From positions 1-46,331 of the forward strand of contig JAJOKO010000108.1 of NCBI GenBank assembly GCA_021129825.1: a stretch of DNA of 46,331 nt, in the 5' to 3' direction. A program made the translations under genes and the position numbers. Of the stretch, positions 17,286-26,662 are shown piece by piece. Origin of the DNA: Desulfotomaculum sp. GTDB taxonomy: Bacteria > Bacillota > Desulfotomaculia > Desulfotomaculales > Desulfohalotomaculaceae. The notes below the pieces were generated by a model, which saw only the letters and a list, made by a program, of their open reading frames with translations, ran no database searches and was not told the DNA's origin. How positions within the stretch are numbered: the first letter of the stretch is position 1; each line of letters begins with the position of its first letter.

Positions 17286-18094
17286 TTAATAATAAAAATC
17301 GTGCCCACCGATGGTTTTCATAAATTCTCTGTTATTAGGAATCCAGAAAACAGTCGCTTTTCTGGGATTCAAAAAATATAAAGCAGTGCCTACCGGACGT
17401 GCTCCGTTTAAAGCCGCTTTTGCTGCGATAATACTTTCTGGAGCGGGATTATTATAAATACTGCCGTCTAATACCGGTGAAAATTGGGTGAATCTTCCTT
17501 GGACATCAAAGATAACACTGTAAATGGTGTTCGGGAATTTACTAGAATTAACTCGATTTAATACTACATTACCTACTGCTACTTTACCAATATCAGATTC
17601 TCCCCCTGCTTCAGCCTGAATAATACGGGCCAACCAAAATATTTTGTCTGCATATATTTGATCGGAACGGCTTGTCCCCCGGCTAACTTCAGGAGTTGAC
17701 CTTGTAACTGGTTGCTCAACCGGCTGCTTAACCGGTTGGGGTGCGGGTGGTTCAAGCTGCTTAACCGGTTACTTAACTTGCGGCGCAGGTTGCTTAACTG
17801 GTTTTGGTGCAGGCTGTTTAACTGGTTGTGGTTCAAGTTTGACTGGAGGAATTTGTATCGATGCCGATTTTTTTTCAGTATCAGTATTGACCGCAATCTC
17901 TAATTCAGACTTTTTTCTGTTAGTTCGCCAGTTAAATCACCTTTACTTTCATTTTCTTCGACTGCAATTTCAGATTGATTTTCAGATTGATCATCACTGG
18001 CAGTTTTTTTACTTAAACTATCATCCATCTTTAAAATAATAACTGCCATTATTAAACAAACTGCTACTAAAATAATTTTCGTACTTTTTTTCAT
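17286..18094 (-). pseudogene. SleB/CwlJ-type cell wall hydrolase (Hydrolase_2), disrupted
   Basis: Signal-anchor ORF runs 18094 to 17900. The frame is lost at the T6 run at 17911-17916. The PVKQPAP repeat linker contains an in-frame TAA at 17769-17771. The catalytic domain (ARIIQAEAGGES ...) runs 17633 to 17286 in the linker frame. Confidence 0.7.
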
Positions 18095-18225
18095 GTTTAA
18101 TACCATCCTTTTTTTTGATAGCTCGTCCGAGCCAACAATTAATATGGATAAGTATAAACTATTTTACACACTATTGTTAGCAGTAAATAAAGGCAGGATT
18201 GGAATATATCTTGTGCCCTCCCCGA

Positions 18226-18870
18226 TCAATTCAAAATTTTCACTTTAGCTAATTCAGCAAGTTCTCCCACGGTTTTTTGATGAAGTTTTCCATTAATATA
18301 AATATTAAGTAAATTATTATCATCATTCAGCTCATTTAGCTGATCAATACAATGTTTTATACCAATCTCTCCTAATGCCCAAGCGGCATATCCTCTCAAT
18401 GTAGGGTTGGGACTATCCAAAAAACTAATTATCTTAGGTACTATTTCCAGGATGTAGTTTACTTGACCGGCCAACCTACCAATTGCCCAGAGCATCCCAC
18501 GTTGGAATACTGCTTCATCTATAGCTGCTGTAATCATCATTGGTGCTAAATCAGCATATAATTGGGGGCGATTATAAATTATCTCTGCCACCGCCTCAGG
18601 AGCACCATAATTTACTGTTCCGGATTCCTCCGTCATTGTCCACAAAAATCTACGGATTAAATCTCTGATTTCTTCCGGGTCATTATCAGATATTATGGCA
18701 GATACTAAGCCAAGAGCTTCTGTAGCTTGACAACGTAATAAATCATCTTTGGTATATGTAAGACGCACCAAAAAACGGGTGATTTTAGTACTGTTTTCTG
18801 GTGCTATTTGCATTAATTGTTCGTATTTTTTATCTTGAACTAATTTAGTTATTGTTTGTTTATTAAGCAA
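18226..18870 (-). CDS. HEAT-repeat protein (DVU0298-like)
   Basis: Contains HEAT-type helices (RCQATEALGLV, PTLRGYAAWALGEIG). The TTG start directly abuts the gatD stop. Confidence 0.6.
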   Translation of the reverse strand: MLNKQTITKLVQDKKYEQLMQIAPENSTKITRFLVRLTYTKDDLLRCQATEALGLVSAIISDNDPEEIRDLIRRFLWTMTEESGTVNYGAPEAVAEIIYNRPQLYADLAPMMITAAIDEAVFQRGMLWAIGRLAGQVNYILEIVPKIISFLDSPNPTLRGYAAWALGEIGIKHCIDQLNELNDDNNLLNIYINGKLHQKTVGELAELAKVKILN

Positions 18871-19608
18871 TTAATCCCCCCCACTCAATTTTAAGCGACT
18901 TAACATTAACTTATGAGCATCTTTCTCAAATTCGTCATTTAATGAAATTAATTCCTTGTTCATATTCCGACGGCACAAAGCCAATTTTATCAAGTGATCA
19001 GTAAAGACACTGTTTTTTGGTAACAGCGGACCATGTAAGTAAGAACAAAAAACATTTTTATACCGGGCACCTTCCGTACCGTCTTTACCATTGTTACCAT
19101 AGCCTGATAGTAGATTACCCAGTGGTTCAATATTACCTAAATGTGTTTTGCCGGCATGATTTTCAAAACCGGTTACTTTTAAAATTTGATTATCTAAATT
19201 TAATTCTATCGCCACATTCCCAATAAATCTTTTCGTGCTTGCTACTGTATAATAATCCAGTAAACCCAACCCGGGTATTACTTCATTTTCCAAAGTGCGG
19301 TAATACTGCCCTAACAATTGATAACCACCGCAAATAGCTAAAATAATTAATCCGTCTTCTATCGCCTGGTGCAAAAAAACTTTACGCTGTCCTAAATCAT
19401 CAGAAATTAAGTTTTGTTCCCGGTCAGATCCCCCGCCCAAAAACAAAAAATCTACCTGATTAAAATCAACAGTTTCTCCTAAATTAACCTCTAATAATTG
19501 CACTGGGATATTACGCCAGCGGCATCTTTGCAAAAAAGCAATTACATTGCCCCGATCACCATAAAGGTTTAATAAATCAGGATACAGATGGCATACTGTC
19601 AGCATCAA
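18871..19608 (-). CDS. gatD: Lipid II isoglutaminyl synthase, glutamine amidotransferase subunit
   Basis: CobQ-type GATase with CHLYPDLLNLYGDRGN, the nucleophile in AICGGYQLLG, and LHGP. It overlaps the murT end. Confidence 0.85.
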   Translation of the reverse strand: MMLTVCHLYPDLLNLYGDRGNVIAFLQRCRWRNIPVQLLEVNLGETVDFNQVDFLFLGGGSDREQNLISDDLGQRKVFLHQAIEDGLIILAICGGYQLLGQYYRTLENEVIPGLGLLDYYTVASTKRFIGNVAIELNLDNQILKVTGFENHAGKTHLGNIEPLGNLLSGYGNNGKDGTEGARYKNVFCSYLHGPLLPKNSVFTDHLIKLALCRRNMNKELISLNDEFEKDAHKLMLSRLKLSGGD

Positions 19609-20986
19609 ACTGCTCCTTTTTTGCTAATTCACAAAGAATCCTCTGTGCAGACCATAATGCCGTATAAGTAGTAAATAAATAAGTCATTTTTGCTTTGCCA
19701 TGTAATACAGCGGGGACAGCCTGTTCTAAATCAGGTATTACTGTGATTTTATTGATAGGTATCCCGGCATATTTTAGCCTTAAAGCTATTTCGGCTGCTC
19801 TGGTACCGGAACAAGTAAAGCTTTTAATAGCTTCTTCTGGCAGAGATGCCAATATTTCAAATTCCACATCCCACAGCCAAGAAATATCTTGTCCATCGGC
19901 ATCATTATCGTTAACAGCCATAAAAACATCTTTTGTACCCGGCATCGCTAGCAAAGTAACCAAACCTTCATTATAACCGGTGGGGTTTTTAACTAAATTT
20001 AGCAATACCAACTTATCTTGATAACGAAAATGTTCCATTCGTCCAATAGCCGGAGTGTACCTGTCTAGCCCTTTTTTTATAATAGCATCGTTCATTTCCA
20101 TTAAACATCCGATTGTAAAAGCAGCTAAAGCATTATACAAATTATAGAAACCAGCTGCCCGCAAGGATAAATGATAACAATTCTCCTGATAACAAATATC
20201 CGCATTAATATAACCGTTAACTGTTTTAATATTAATAGCCTCTAGGTTAAGTTCTGGTCTTGTAAAAGCACACTGCAAACAGTTATAATCTCCCAATTGA
20301 CTGTAATGATAATAATGATAATGTAATTCCCCCCCGCAGAACGGGCAAAAACGTGATTCTCTGGTTTGAATTGCCGGTCTCTCCCAGTTTTGCTGCCGGG
20401 CAACGCCATAGTAAATTACTTTATGTTTAGTAGATTGCCCTAGTTGAGCGACCAGTGGATCATCAGCATTAAGCACCAAAGTAATATCGTTTAATTTATG
20501 GAGAGCATTTTTTATTAAGGCTACAGTTTTATCTAACTCTCCGTAGCGATCCAGTTGATCTCGAAAAAAATTAGTAATTACTACTATTTGAGGTTGTACT
20601 TCCTGAATTACTTTAGGAAATGATGCTTCGTCAACTTCTAATAAAGCATAGTCAGATTCAACTACACCTGTATAACTGGCTGACCGTACCAAGCAAGCGG
20701 TTACACCGGTTATCAGGTTAGCCCCTTCTTCATTAAAAACTACCTTGTGTCCCCCGGCCTGCATTATTTTAGCAATCATGTTATTAGTAGTAGTTTTACC
20801 GTTAGTGCCGATAACCATAATGATTTCTTTTTTAATCTGACAAGCTAACTCCTGCAAAACACGGGAGTAAATACGCCGGGCTACCACTCCCGGTAATGAT
20901 GAACCACGTCCACCCGTTAACCTGCTTAATTTGGCAGCTAATTTGCCACTTAGAACAGCGATAGAACGAAAAAAATACAAACGCAA
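19577..20986 (-). CDS. murT: Lipid II isoglutaminyl synthase, Mur-ligase-like subunit
   Basis: P-loop GTNGKTTT, Cys4 ribbon (CPFCGG...CLQC) and a DUF1727-like C-terminus. Confidence 0.85.
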   Translation of the reverse strand: MRLYFFRSIAVLSGKLAAKLSRLTGGRGSSLPGVVARRIYSRVLQELACQIKKEIIMVIGTNGKTTTNNMIAKIMQAGGHKVVFNEEGANLITGVTACLVRSASYTGVVESDYALLEVDEASFPKVIQEVQPQIVVITNFFRDQLDRYGELDKTVALIKNALHKLNDITLVLNADDPLVAQLGQSTKHKVIYYGVARQQNWERPAIQTRESRFCPFCGGELHYHYYHYSQLGDYNCLQCAFTRPELNLEAINIKTVNGYINADICYQENCYHLSLRAAGFYNLYNALAAFTIGCLMEMNDAIIKKGLDRYTPAIGRMEHFRYQDKLVLLNLVKNPTGYNEGLVTLLAMPGTKDVFMAVNDNDADGQDISWLWDVEFEILASLPEEAIKSFTCSGTRAAEIALRLKYAGIPINKITVIPDLEQAVPAVLHGKAKMTYLFTTYTALWSAQRILCELAKKEQFDADSMPSVS

Positions 20987-21016
20987 CAGCCTCCGTAGAT
21001 TAATACTAGTGTGTTT

Positions 21017-21796
21017 TTATTTAAACTTAGCTAATTCTTCTAACAAGCGATCATTAAGCACCTTGATATAAGTACCTTTCATCCCTAAAGATTTAGATTC
21101 AATCACACCGGCACTTTCGAATTTACGAAGGGCATTGACAATTACAGACCTGGTAATCCCTACCCGGTCTGCAATTTTACTGGCTACTAGTACGCCTTCG
21201 CTACCATCTAGTTGTTTAAATATATGTTGCACCGCATCTAATTCACTGTAAGATAAAGTGCCTACAGCAACTTGTACCGTTGCTTTTTTGCGGGCTTCGT
21301 TTTCGATACGATCAGTTCTAGCCCGTAATATTTCCATAGCGATCACTGTAGCGCCATATTCCGCTAAAATAAGATCTTCATCCGTAAATTGCTGATTAAA
21401 TTTAGCCAATACCAGTGTACCCAGCCGTAACCCGCCACCTAAAATAGGAATGATAGTAGAAAATTCATTTTGAAGACGGGAGTCTTCTTTAGTAAAAAAC
21501 ATACACGTATCTGCCGTCTGGGGAAAATTAGCATAAGTTTCTTTTATCTCCAGCAAATAATTATTATATGCTTGTGGCAATGCTTTTTTTTCTTCAATAG
21601 TATTTAGCATTTGATCACAAATAAACCCTTTCATAAAACAATAACCCAAAACATGTCCCTGTTCATCAATAACATGGCAGTTGGCACAAATATTTTCGGA
21701 TAATATGGTAGCAATCAAGGTAAAATCAACTGGTAAACCAGCTGATTGCTGTAATAATTTATTAATCGATCTGGTTCTTTCCAGTAAATTACTCAT
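21017..21796 (-). CDS. codY: GTP/BCAA-sensing global regulator CodY
   Basis: GAF-like N-terminus and a C-terminal wHTH (ASKIADRVGITRSVIVNALRKFESAGVIESKSLGMKGTYIKV). Confidence 0.95.
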   Translation of the reverse strand: MSNLLERTRSINKLLQQSAGLPVDFTLIATILSENICANCHVIDEQGHVLGYCFMKGFICDQMLNTIEEKKALPQAYNNYLLEIKETYANFPQTADTCMFFTKEDSRLQNEFSTIIPILGGGLRLGTLVLAKFNQQFTDEDLILAEYGATVIAMEILRARTDRIENEARKKATVQVAVGTLSYSELDAVQHIFKQLDGSEGVLVASKIADRVGITRSVIVNALRKFESAGVIESKSLGMKGTYIKVLNDRLLEELAKFK

Positions 21797-21812
21797 TGAT
21801 GATCTGACCTCC

Positions 21813-23228
21813 CTATAAGATGTAACGAGTTAGATCTTCGCTGGCTACTATCTTGGCTAATTTAGCATCAACATAAATTTGATCGATAATAATAGCTTTA
21901 TCAGAGTTATCAGGAGCATCAAATAAAAGATCCTCTAATAATTTTTCCATGATTGTTTGTAACCGGCGAGCGCCAATATTCTCAGTCTGTTCATTTACAG
22001 TATAAGCTATCTTTGCGATTTCTTCAAGTGAATCTTTTGAAAATTCAATCTGAACTCCTTCTGTTGCCAGTAACCCGATATATTGTTTAATCAGCGCATT
22101 TTGAGGTTCAGTGAGAATTTGTAAAAAATCTTGTTGCGATAAATTATCTAATTCCACCCGGATCGGGAAGCGCCCTTGTAATTCCGGAATTAAATCTGAC
22201 GGTTTAACACTATGGAATGCTCCTGCTGCTATAAATAACACATGATCAGTTTTAACCGGACCATACTTGGTCACTACGGTAGAACCCTCTACGATCGGCA
22301 AAATATCTCGTTGCACCCCACCTCTGGACACATCCGGTCCTTGAGTAGCATCTTTGCCAGCAATTTTATCTATTTCATCCAGAAAAATAATTCCTTGCTC
22401 TTCAGCACGTTTAACAGCTATTGTGGTTAATTCATCCATATCAACTAGTTTTTGTGATTCTTGTTGAATTAAAATTTTGCGGGCATCTTTTACGGTTGCT
22501 TTGCGTTTTTGTTTTTTACTAGGCAACATTCCACCAAATAATTCCTTAATATTTATACCCATTTCTTCTACGCCAGATCCGGTAAACACTTCTAACATTG
22601 GCGAACTATTATCTTCCACTTCTATTTCTAAATATTCATTTTCTAGTTCGCCGCGTTTAAGTTTTTCCCGTAATGTTTCGCGTTCAAATTGAATTCGTTT
22701 TTTGGTTTGTTGTTGTAAATTATTATCTGGAGTAACTTCATCTTGCTTGGTAGTACCAAATAGCATTTCTAAAGGATTTTTTGCAGGGCTATTGGTTACA
22801 GGTAAAGGAGCCAATAATTCTATGATGCGTTCTTCAGCCATTTTAGCAGCTTTATCTGCTACTACAGTCATTTTTTCCTGACGTAACATCCGGATACTAG
22901 TTTCTACTAAATCTCTAACCATAGATTCTACATCACGACCTACATAACCAACTTCAGTAAACTTGGTCGCTTCTACCTTCACAAAAGGCGCTTTTACTAA
23001 CCGAGATAACCTCCGGGCAATTTCTGTTTTCCCTACTCCGGTAGGACCAATCATTAAAATATTTTTGGGCACTACTTCATCCTGTAATTCGTCCGGCAGT
23101 TTACTGCGCCGGTAACGATTTCTCAAAGCAATGGCCACCGCTTTTTTAGCCGCTTTTTGACCCACTATATATTTATCTAATTCCGTTACTATTTGGCGTG
23201 GGGTTAAGTCTTCTAAAGTAATATTCAA
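21813..23228 (-). CDS. hslU: ATP-dependent protease ATPase subunit HslU
   Basis: [17 protein letters not shown], Walker [15 protein letters not shown], Walker [10 protein letters not shown]. Confidence 0.95.
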   Translation of the reverse strand: MNITLEDLTPRQIVTELDKYIVGQKAAKKAVAIALRNRYRRSKLPDELQDEVVPKNILMIGPTGVGKTEIARRLSRLVKAPFVKVEATKFTEVGYVGRDVESMVRDLVETSIRMLRQEKMTVVADKAAKMAEERIIELLAPLPVTNSPAKNPLEMLFGTTKQDEVTPDNNLQQQTKKRIQFERETLREKLKRGELENEYLEIEVEDNSSPMLEVFTGSGVEEMGINIKELFGGMLPSKKQKRKATVKDARKILIQQESQKLVDMDELTTIAVKRAEEQGIIFLDEIDKIAGKDATQGPDVSRGGVQRDILPIVEGSTVVTKYGPVKTDHVLFIAAGAFHSVKPSDLIPELQGRFPIRVELDNLSQQDFLQILTEPQNALIKQYIGLLATEGVQIEFSKDSLEEIAKIAYTVNEQTENIGARRLQTIMEKLLEDLLFDAPDNSDKAIIIDQIYVDAKLAKIVASEDLTRYIL

Positions 23229-23256
23229 AATAAAATTAGACCTCCTTTAAATTGAT

Positions 23257-23333
23257 GGGGACATTCCCGGTACTCACCAAGCATCAAACGGTAAACTAGA
23301 CCATTAAGTCCAATAAGTGCCGGGTGTGTCCCC
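23257..23333. repeat. Family C long palindromic repeat in the hslV-hslU spacer
   Basis: Arms GGGGACATTCCCGGTACTCAC (23257-23277) and TAAGTGCCGGGTGTGTCCCC (23314-23333) surround a 36-nt loop. The right half recurs at 23914-23965. A mini version lies at 28878-28912 in inverted orientation. Confidence 0.75.
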
Positions 23334-23349
23334 TATCCACAATAGTTTC

Positions 23350-23880
23350 TTACAATTCTTCCACAGTAATATTGTGGTTCGTATAAACGCAAATATCCGC
23401 CGCCGTATTAATTGATTCTTGAACAATTTCTTTTGCTGAAAGAGAACTATGTTTTAGTAATACCCGGGCAGCAGCCATAGCATAAGTACTACCACTACCA
23501 ATAGCCGCAATTCCATCGTCCGGTTCTATTACTTCACCGCCACCGGATATAATTAATAGATGTTTTCTATTAGCTACAATTAATAAGGCTTCCATCCGGC
23601 GTAGCATCCGGTCTAAACGCCATTCTTTGGCTAACTCTACTGCTGCTCGCAATAGATTACCATGATATTCTTCTAGTTTAGCTTCAAACTTTTCAAACAG
23701 TGTAAAAGCATCCGCTACTGAACCGGCAAAACCGGCGATTACTTTTCCTTGGTACAACCGGCGAATTTTATTAGCTTGTTGTTTAATAACCGTCCGGTCT
23801 CCAAAAGTAACTTGACCGTCTCCGGCTATAGCGACTTGATTATTATTTTTTACTGCTACAATGGTAGTGGCATGAAACAT
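23350..23880 (-). CDS. hslV: ATP-dependent protease subunit HslV
   Basis: N-terminal [10 protein letters not shown] and the proteasome beta-like fold motif GSGSTYA. Confidence 0.95.
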   Translation of the reverse strand: MFHATTIVAVKNNNQVAIAGDGQVTFGDRTVIKQQANKIRRLYQGKVIAGFAGSVADAFTLFEKFEAKLEEYHGNLLRAAVELAKEWRLDRMLRRMEALLIVANRKHLLIISGGGEVIEPDDGIAAIGSGSTYAMAAARVLLKHSSLSAKEIVQESINTAADICVYTNHNITVEEL

Positions 23881-23913
23881 AGTTAGTTGCTCCTTTTTTT
23901 AAAAAAACTATAT

Positions 23914-23965
23914 TTGAACGGTAAACTATACCATTAAGTCCAGTGAGTGCCGGGTGTGTCCCCTA
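23914..23965. repeat. Half copy of the family C repeat in the xerC-hslV spacer
   Basis: AACGGTAAACTATACCATTAAGTCCAGTGAGTGCCGGGTGTGTCCCCTATCC aligns with 23288-23338. Confidence 0.7.
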
Positions 23966-23970
23966 TCCGA

Positions 23971-24861
23971 TTAAGCCCGGGGATGAGTATTTTGATATAT
24001 TTGTTTTAGCTTTTCCCGGGTAACATGGGTATAAATTTGAGTACTGGAAAGGCTAATATGTCCTAATAACTCTTGTACAGTACGTAAGTCTGCCCCGTTT
24101 TCCAGTAAATGAGTTGCAAAAGTATGCCGGATCGTATGTGGGTTTGCTTTATTGGTCTTAGTTTGCTTTAAGTATTTATTTAGGATTGTTCTGACACTTC
24201 TGGCACTAAGCCGGTCCCCTCTGTAATTTAAAAATAAAGCTTGTGTTTTATTAATTATTTTTACACGCCCATCTTTCAGGTAATTTTTTATCGCTAAAAT
24301 TGCTAATGAACCTATTGGAACTATACGTTCCCGGGAACCCTTACCCCAAACTCGAACATACCCGCCGGATAAATCTACATCATTTTTATTTAAAGTAGTC
24401 AGTTCACTCACGCGTAAGCCACAAGCATAGATAGTTTCTAATAATGCTTTATCCCGTAATCCCAGCGGGGTAACATCCGGCGCTTCTAAAATTTTTATTA
24501 TTTCATCTGGATAAAAAAAACGGGGTAGTTTTTTGGCTACCTTGGGTGTTGCTACCCTGGTAAGCGGATTATTATCCAAGACTTCTTCGCGCATTAAAAA
24601 ATTATAAAATGAGCGCCACGCTGCCAATTTACGAGCAATAGTACTGCGCGCCAGACCTACTTCTTGTAAATAAGCTAAGTAATTACGAAATATCCGATGA
24701 TCTATATCAACCGGGTGCAAAGTAGTATCTTTTTTATTCAAAAGTTCCCCAAAAAAATCCAGACCATGAAAGATATCTTTTTGATATTCTTCCGTGGTGC
24801 GTTGGGAAGAGTTTTTTTCTGCTGTTAAGTATACCACAAACTCATCGATATAAGCATACAT
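23971..24861 (-). CDS. xerC: Tyrosine recombinase XerC (CodV position)
   Basis: R...HxxR...Y catalytic set (RHTFATHLL, LGHISLSSTQIYTHV). Synteny upstream of hslVU-codY. Confidence 0.9.
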   Translation of the reverse strand: MYAYIDEFVVYLTAEKNSSQRTTEEYQKDIFHGLDFFGELLNKKDTTLHPVDIDHRIFRNYLAYLQEVGLARSTIARKLAAWRSFYNFLMREEVLDNNPLTRVATPKVAKKLPRFFYPDEIIKILEAPDVTPLGLRDKALLETIYACGLRVSELTTLNKNDVDLSGGYVRVWGKGSRERIVPIGSLAILAIKNYLKDGRVKIINKTQALFLNYRGDRLSARSVRTILNKYLKQTKTNKANPHTIRHTFATHLLENGADLRTVQELLGHISLSSTQIYTHVTREKLKQIYQNTHPRA

Positions 24862-24933
24862 TACCTTAAAACTCCTTTACAATTATGTATACATATTCGC
24901 TAAAAGTAACAGTTTTCCTGCTTTTATGCTGGT

Positions 24934-25305
24934 TTAAAATTCCTGATTTCGAGCGGAACGTCCTGAACGAAATCTTGCTAACTCCTCCATTTCCTCACGA
25001 GTCAAATCGTCTACTCCAGCCAAAGACTCCAGGTGATGGCGCAATTCGTGCCAAACTGTTTCACGCAGTTCTTCTTCCCAAAGTTTATTTCCCAAGATTG
25101 CTAAAAAAGAGCCATAGTAAAATACTATGTAGCTTCCTAGCATATCGTCCTCAATGTACTCACCCATGATATAGAATTCCTGTTCACGCTTTTCTTCCGG
25201 CAACACAGCAAAGCCACCATTCAAATTACGACAAAGACGAGCCGGTATCTCATCAACCAATTCTCCGGCGAGCACAGTAAATTCGTCCAAAGAAAGTCGC
25301 ACCAT
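24934..25305 (-). CDS. Small zincin-like metallopeptidase family protein (DUF1025-like)
   Basis: 123 aa with an HExxH motif in WHELRHHLESLAGVDD. Confidence 0.6.
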   Translation of the reverse strand: MVRLSLDEFTVLAGELVDEIPARLCRNLNGGFAVLPEEKREQEFYIMGEYIEDDMLGSYIVFYYGSFLAILGNKLWEEELRETVWHELRHHLESLAGVDDLTREEMEELARFRSGRSARNQEF

Positions 25306-25323
25306 AAAACCACCTCTATTGTA

Positions 25324-26643
25324 TTATAACTTAATATCCTTGATAAAATTTGCTAAACTTGCTAGCGCCCGGTTAGATAATTTGTGATTACGTAATTTCT
25401 TATCTTTAATCCGTTTTTCTAATTCAGGCAATATGCCAAAGTTAATGTTCATCGGTTGAAAATTTTTGGGGTTAGCAGTGGTAATATAATTTAATAAGGC
25501 CCCGTGAGCAGTTTCTTTGGGAAATACTAACATTTTTTGGTTTGATATTACCCGGGCTGCATTGATACCGGCTATCAGACCGGAAGCAGCAGACTCTACA
25601 TAGCCTTCCACCCCAGTTATTTGACCGGCAAAAAACAAATTAGGATTTTCTTTAAATTGTAAGGTTGGTTTAAGCAGCAGCGGTGAATTGATATAAGTAT
25701 TCCGGTGCATCACACCATAACGCACAAATTCTGCTGTTTCCATGCCTGGAATCAAACGAAAAACTCGTTTTTGCTCTCCCCATTTTAAATTAGTTTGAAA
25801 ACCGACCATGTTATACAAAGTGTTTTCAATGTTATCTTGGCGTAATTGTACTACCGCAAACGGGTGTTTACCAGTACGGGGATCAATTAAACCAACTGGC
25901 TTTAGCGGGCCAAAAGTGAGCGTTTTTTTACCTCTAGCTGCTAAAACTTCTACCGGCATACATCCTTCGAAATGCACTTTCTTTTCGAAACTTTTAATAG
26001 CTGCTTTTTCAGCAGTAATTAATGCTTTATAAAAAACATTATATTCATCCTCGGACATGGGGCAATTCAAATAAGCAGCTTCACCCTTATTATAACGGGA
26101 AAAACGAAATATTACCGCCATATTTAATGATGCCAAGGTTACAATAGGCGCTGCTGCATCATAAAAATACAAATAATCACTACCAGTTAAGTGTTGGATA
26201 TCTTCAGTTAAATTATCAGAGGTTAGCGGTCCGGTAGCGATGATGGTAGTTCCTTTTCGAGGTATTTCTGGCAGTTCTTCCCGGATCACCTCTATCATAG
26301 CATGTTTTTCTAATAAAGTTGTAATCTGACCAGAAAAATTTTCCCGATCTACAGCAAGTGCCCCACCTGCTGGTACTTGATGTTCAAGAGCACTCCTCAT
26401 AATTAGCGAGTTTAAATTAATCATTTCTTTTTTTAGTAACCCGACGGCATTTTCTAATGCTGTCGCTCTTAAAGAGTTACTACAAACCAATTCGGCAAAA
26501 TTTCCGGTATGATGCGCCGGCGATTTCTTTTGGGGGCGCATTTCATAAAGTCGTACCGGAATATTACGTTGCGCCAATTGCCAAGCAGCTTCTGAACCGG
26601 CTAAACCGGCTCCTATAATTGTAACAATATTGTCGTCATCCAT
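25324..26643 (-). CDS. trmFO: Folate-dependent tRNA (U54) methyltransferase TrmFO
   Basis: FAD motif [16 protein letters not shown]. Length and synteny between topA and xerC fit. Confidence 0.95.
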   Translation of the reverse strand: MDDDNIVTIIGAGLAGSEAAWQLAQRNIPVRLYEMRPQKKSPAHHTGNFAELVCSNSLRATALENAVGLLKKEMINLNSLIMRSALEHQVPAGGALAVDRENFSGQITTLLEKHAMIEVIREELPEIPRKGTTIIATGPLTSDNLTEDIQHLTGSDYLYFYDAAAPIVTLASLNMAVIFRFSRYNKGEAAYLNCPMSEDEYNVFYKALITAEKAAIKSFEKKVHFEGCMPVEVLAARGKKTLTFGPLKPVGLIDPRTGKHPFAVVQLRQDNIENTLYNMVGFQTNLKWGEQKRVFRLIPGMETAEFVRYGVMHRNTYINSPLLLKPTLQFKENPNLFFAGQITGVEGYVESAASGLIAGINAARVISNQKMLVFPKETAHGALLNYITTANPKNFQPMNINFGILPELEKRIKDKKLRNHKLSNRALASLANFIKDIKL

Positions 26644-26662
26644 TTATAATTATTAGCACTCC

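Noticed and set aside
17579-18039. ORFs 17579-17896 (-), 17712-17903 (+) and 17839-18039 (+)
   Set aside because: These are alternative-frame readings of the PVKQ repeat linker of the disrupted SleB-like gene. They are low-complexity Leu/Asn/Arg-rich products with no SD.
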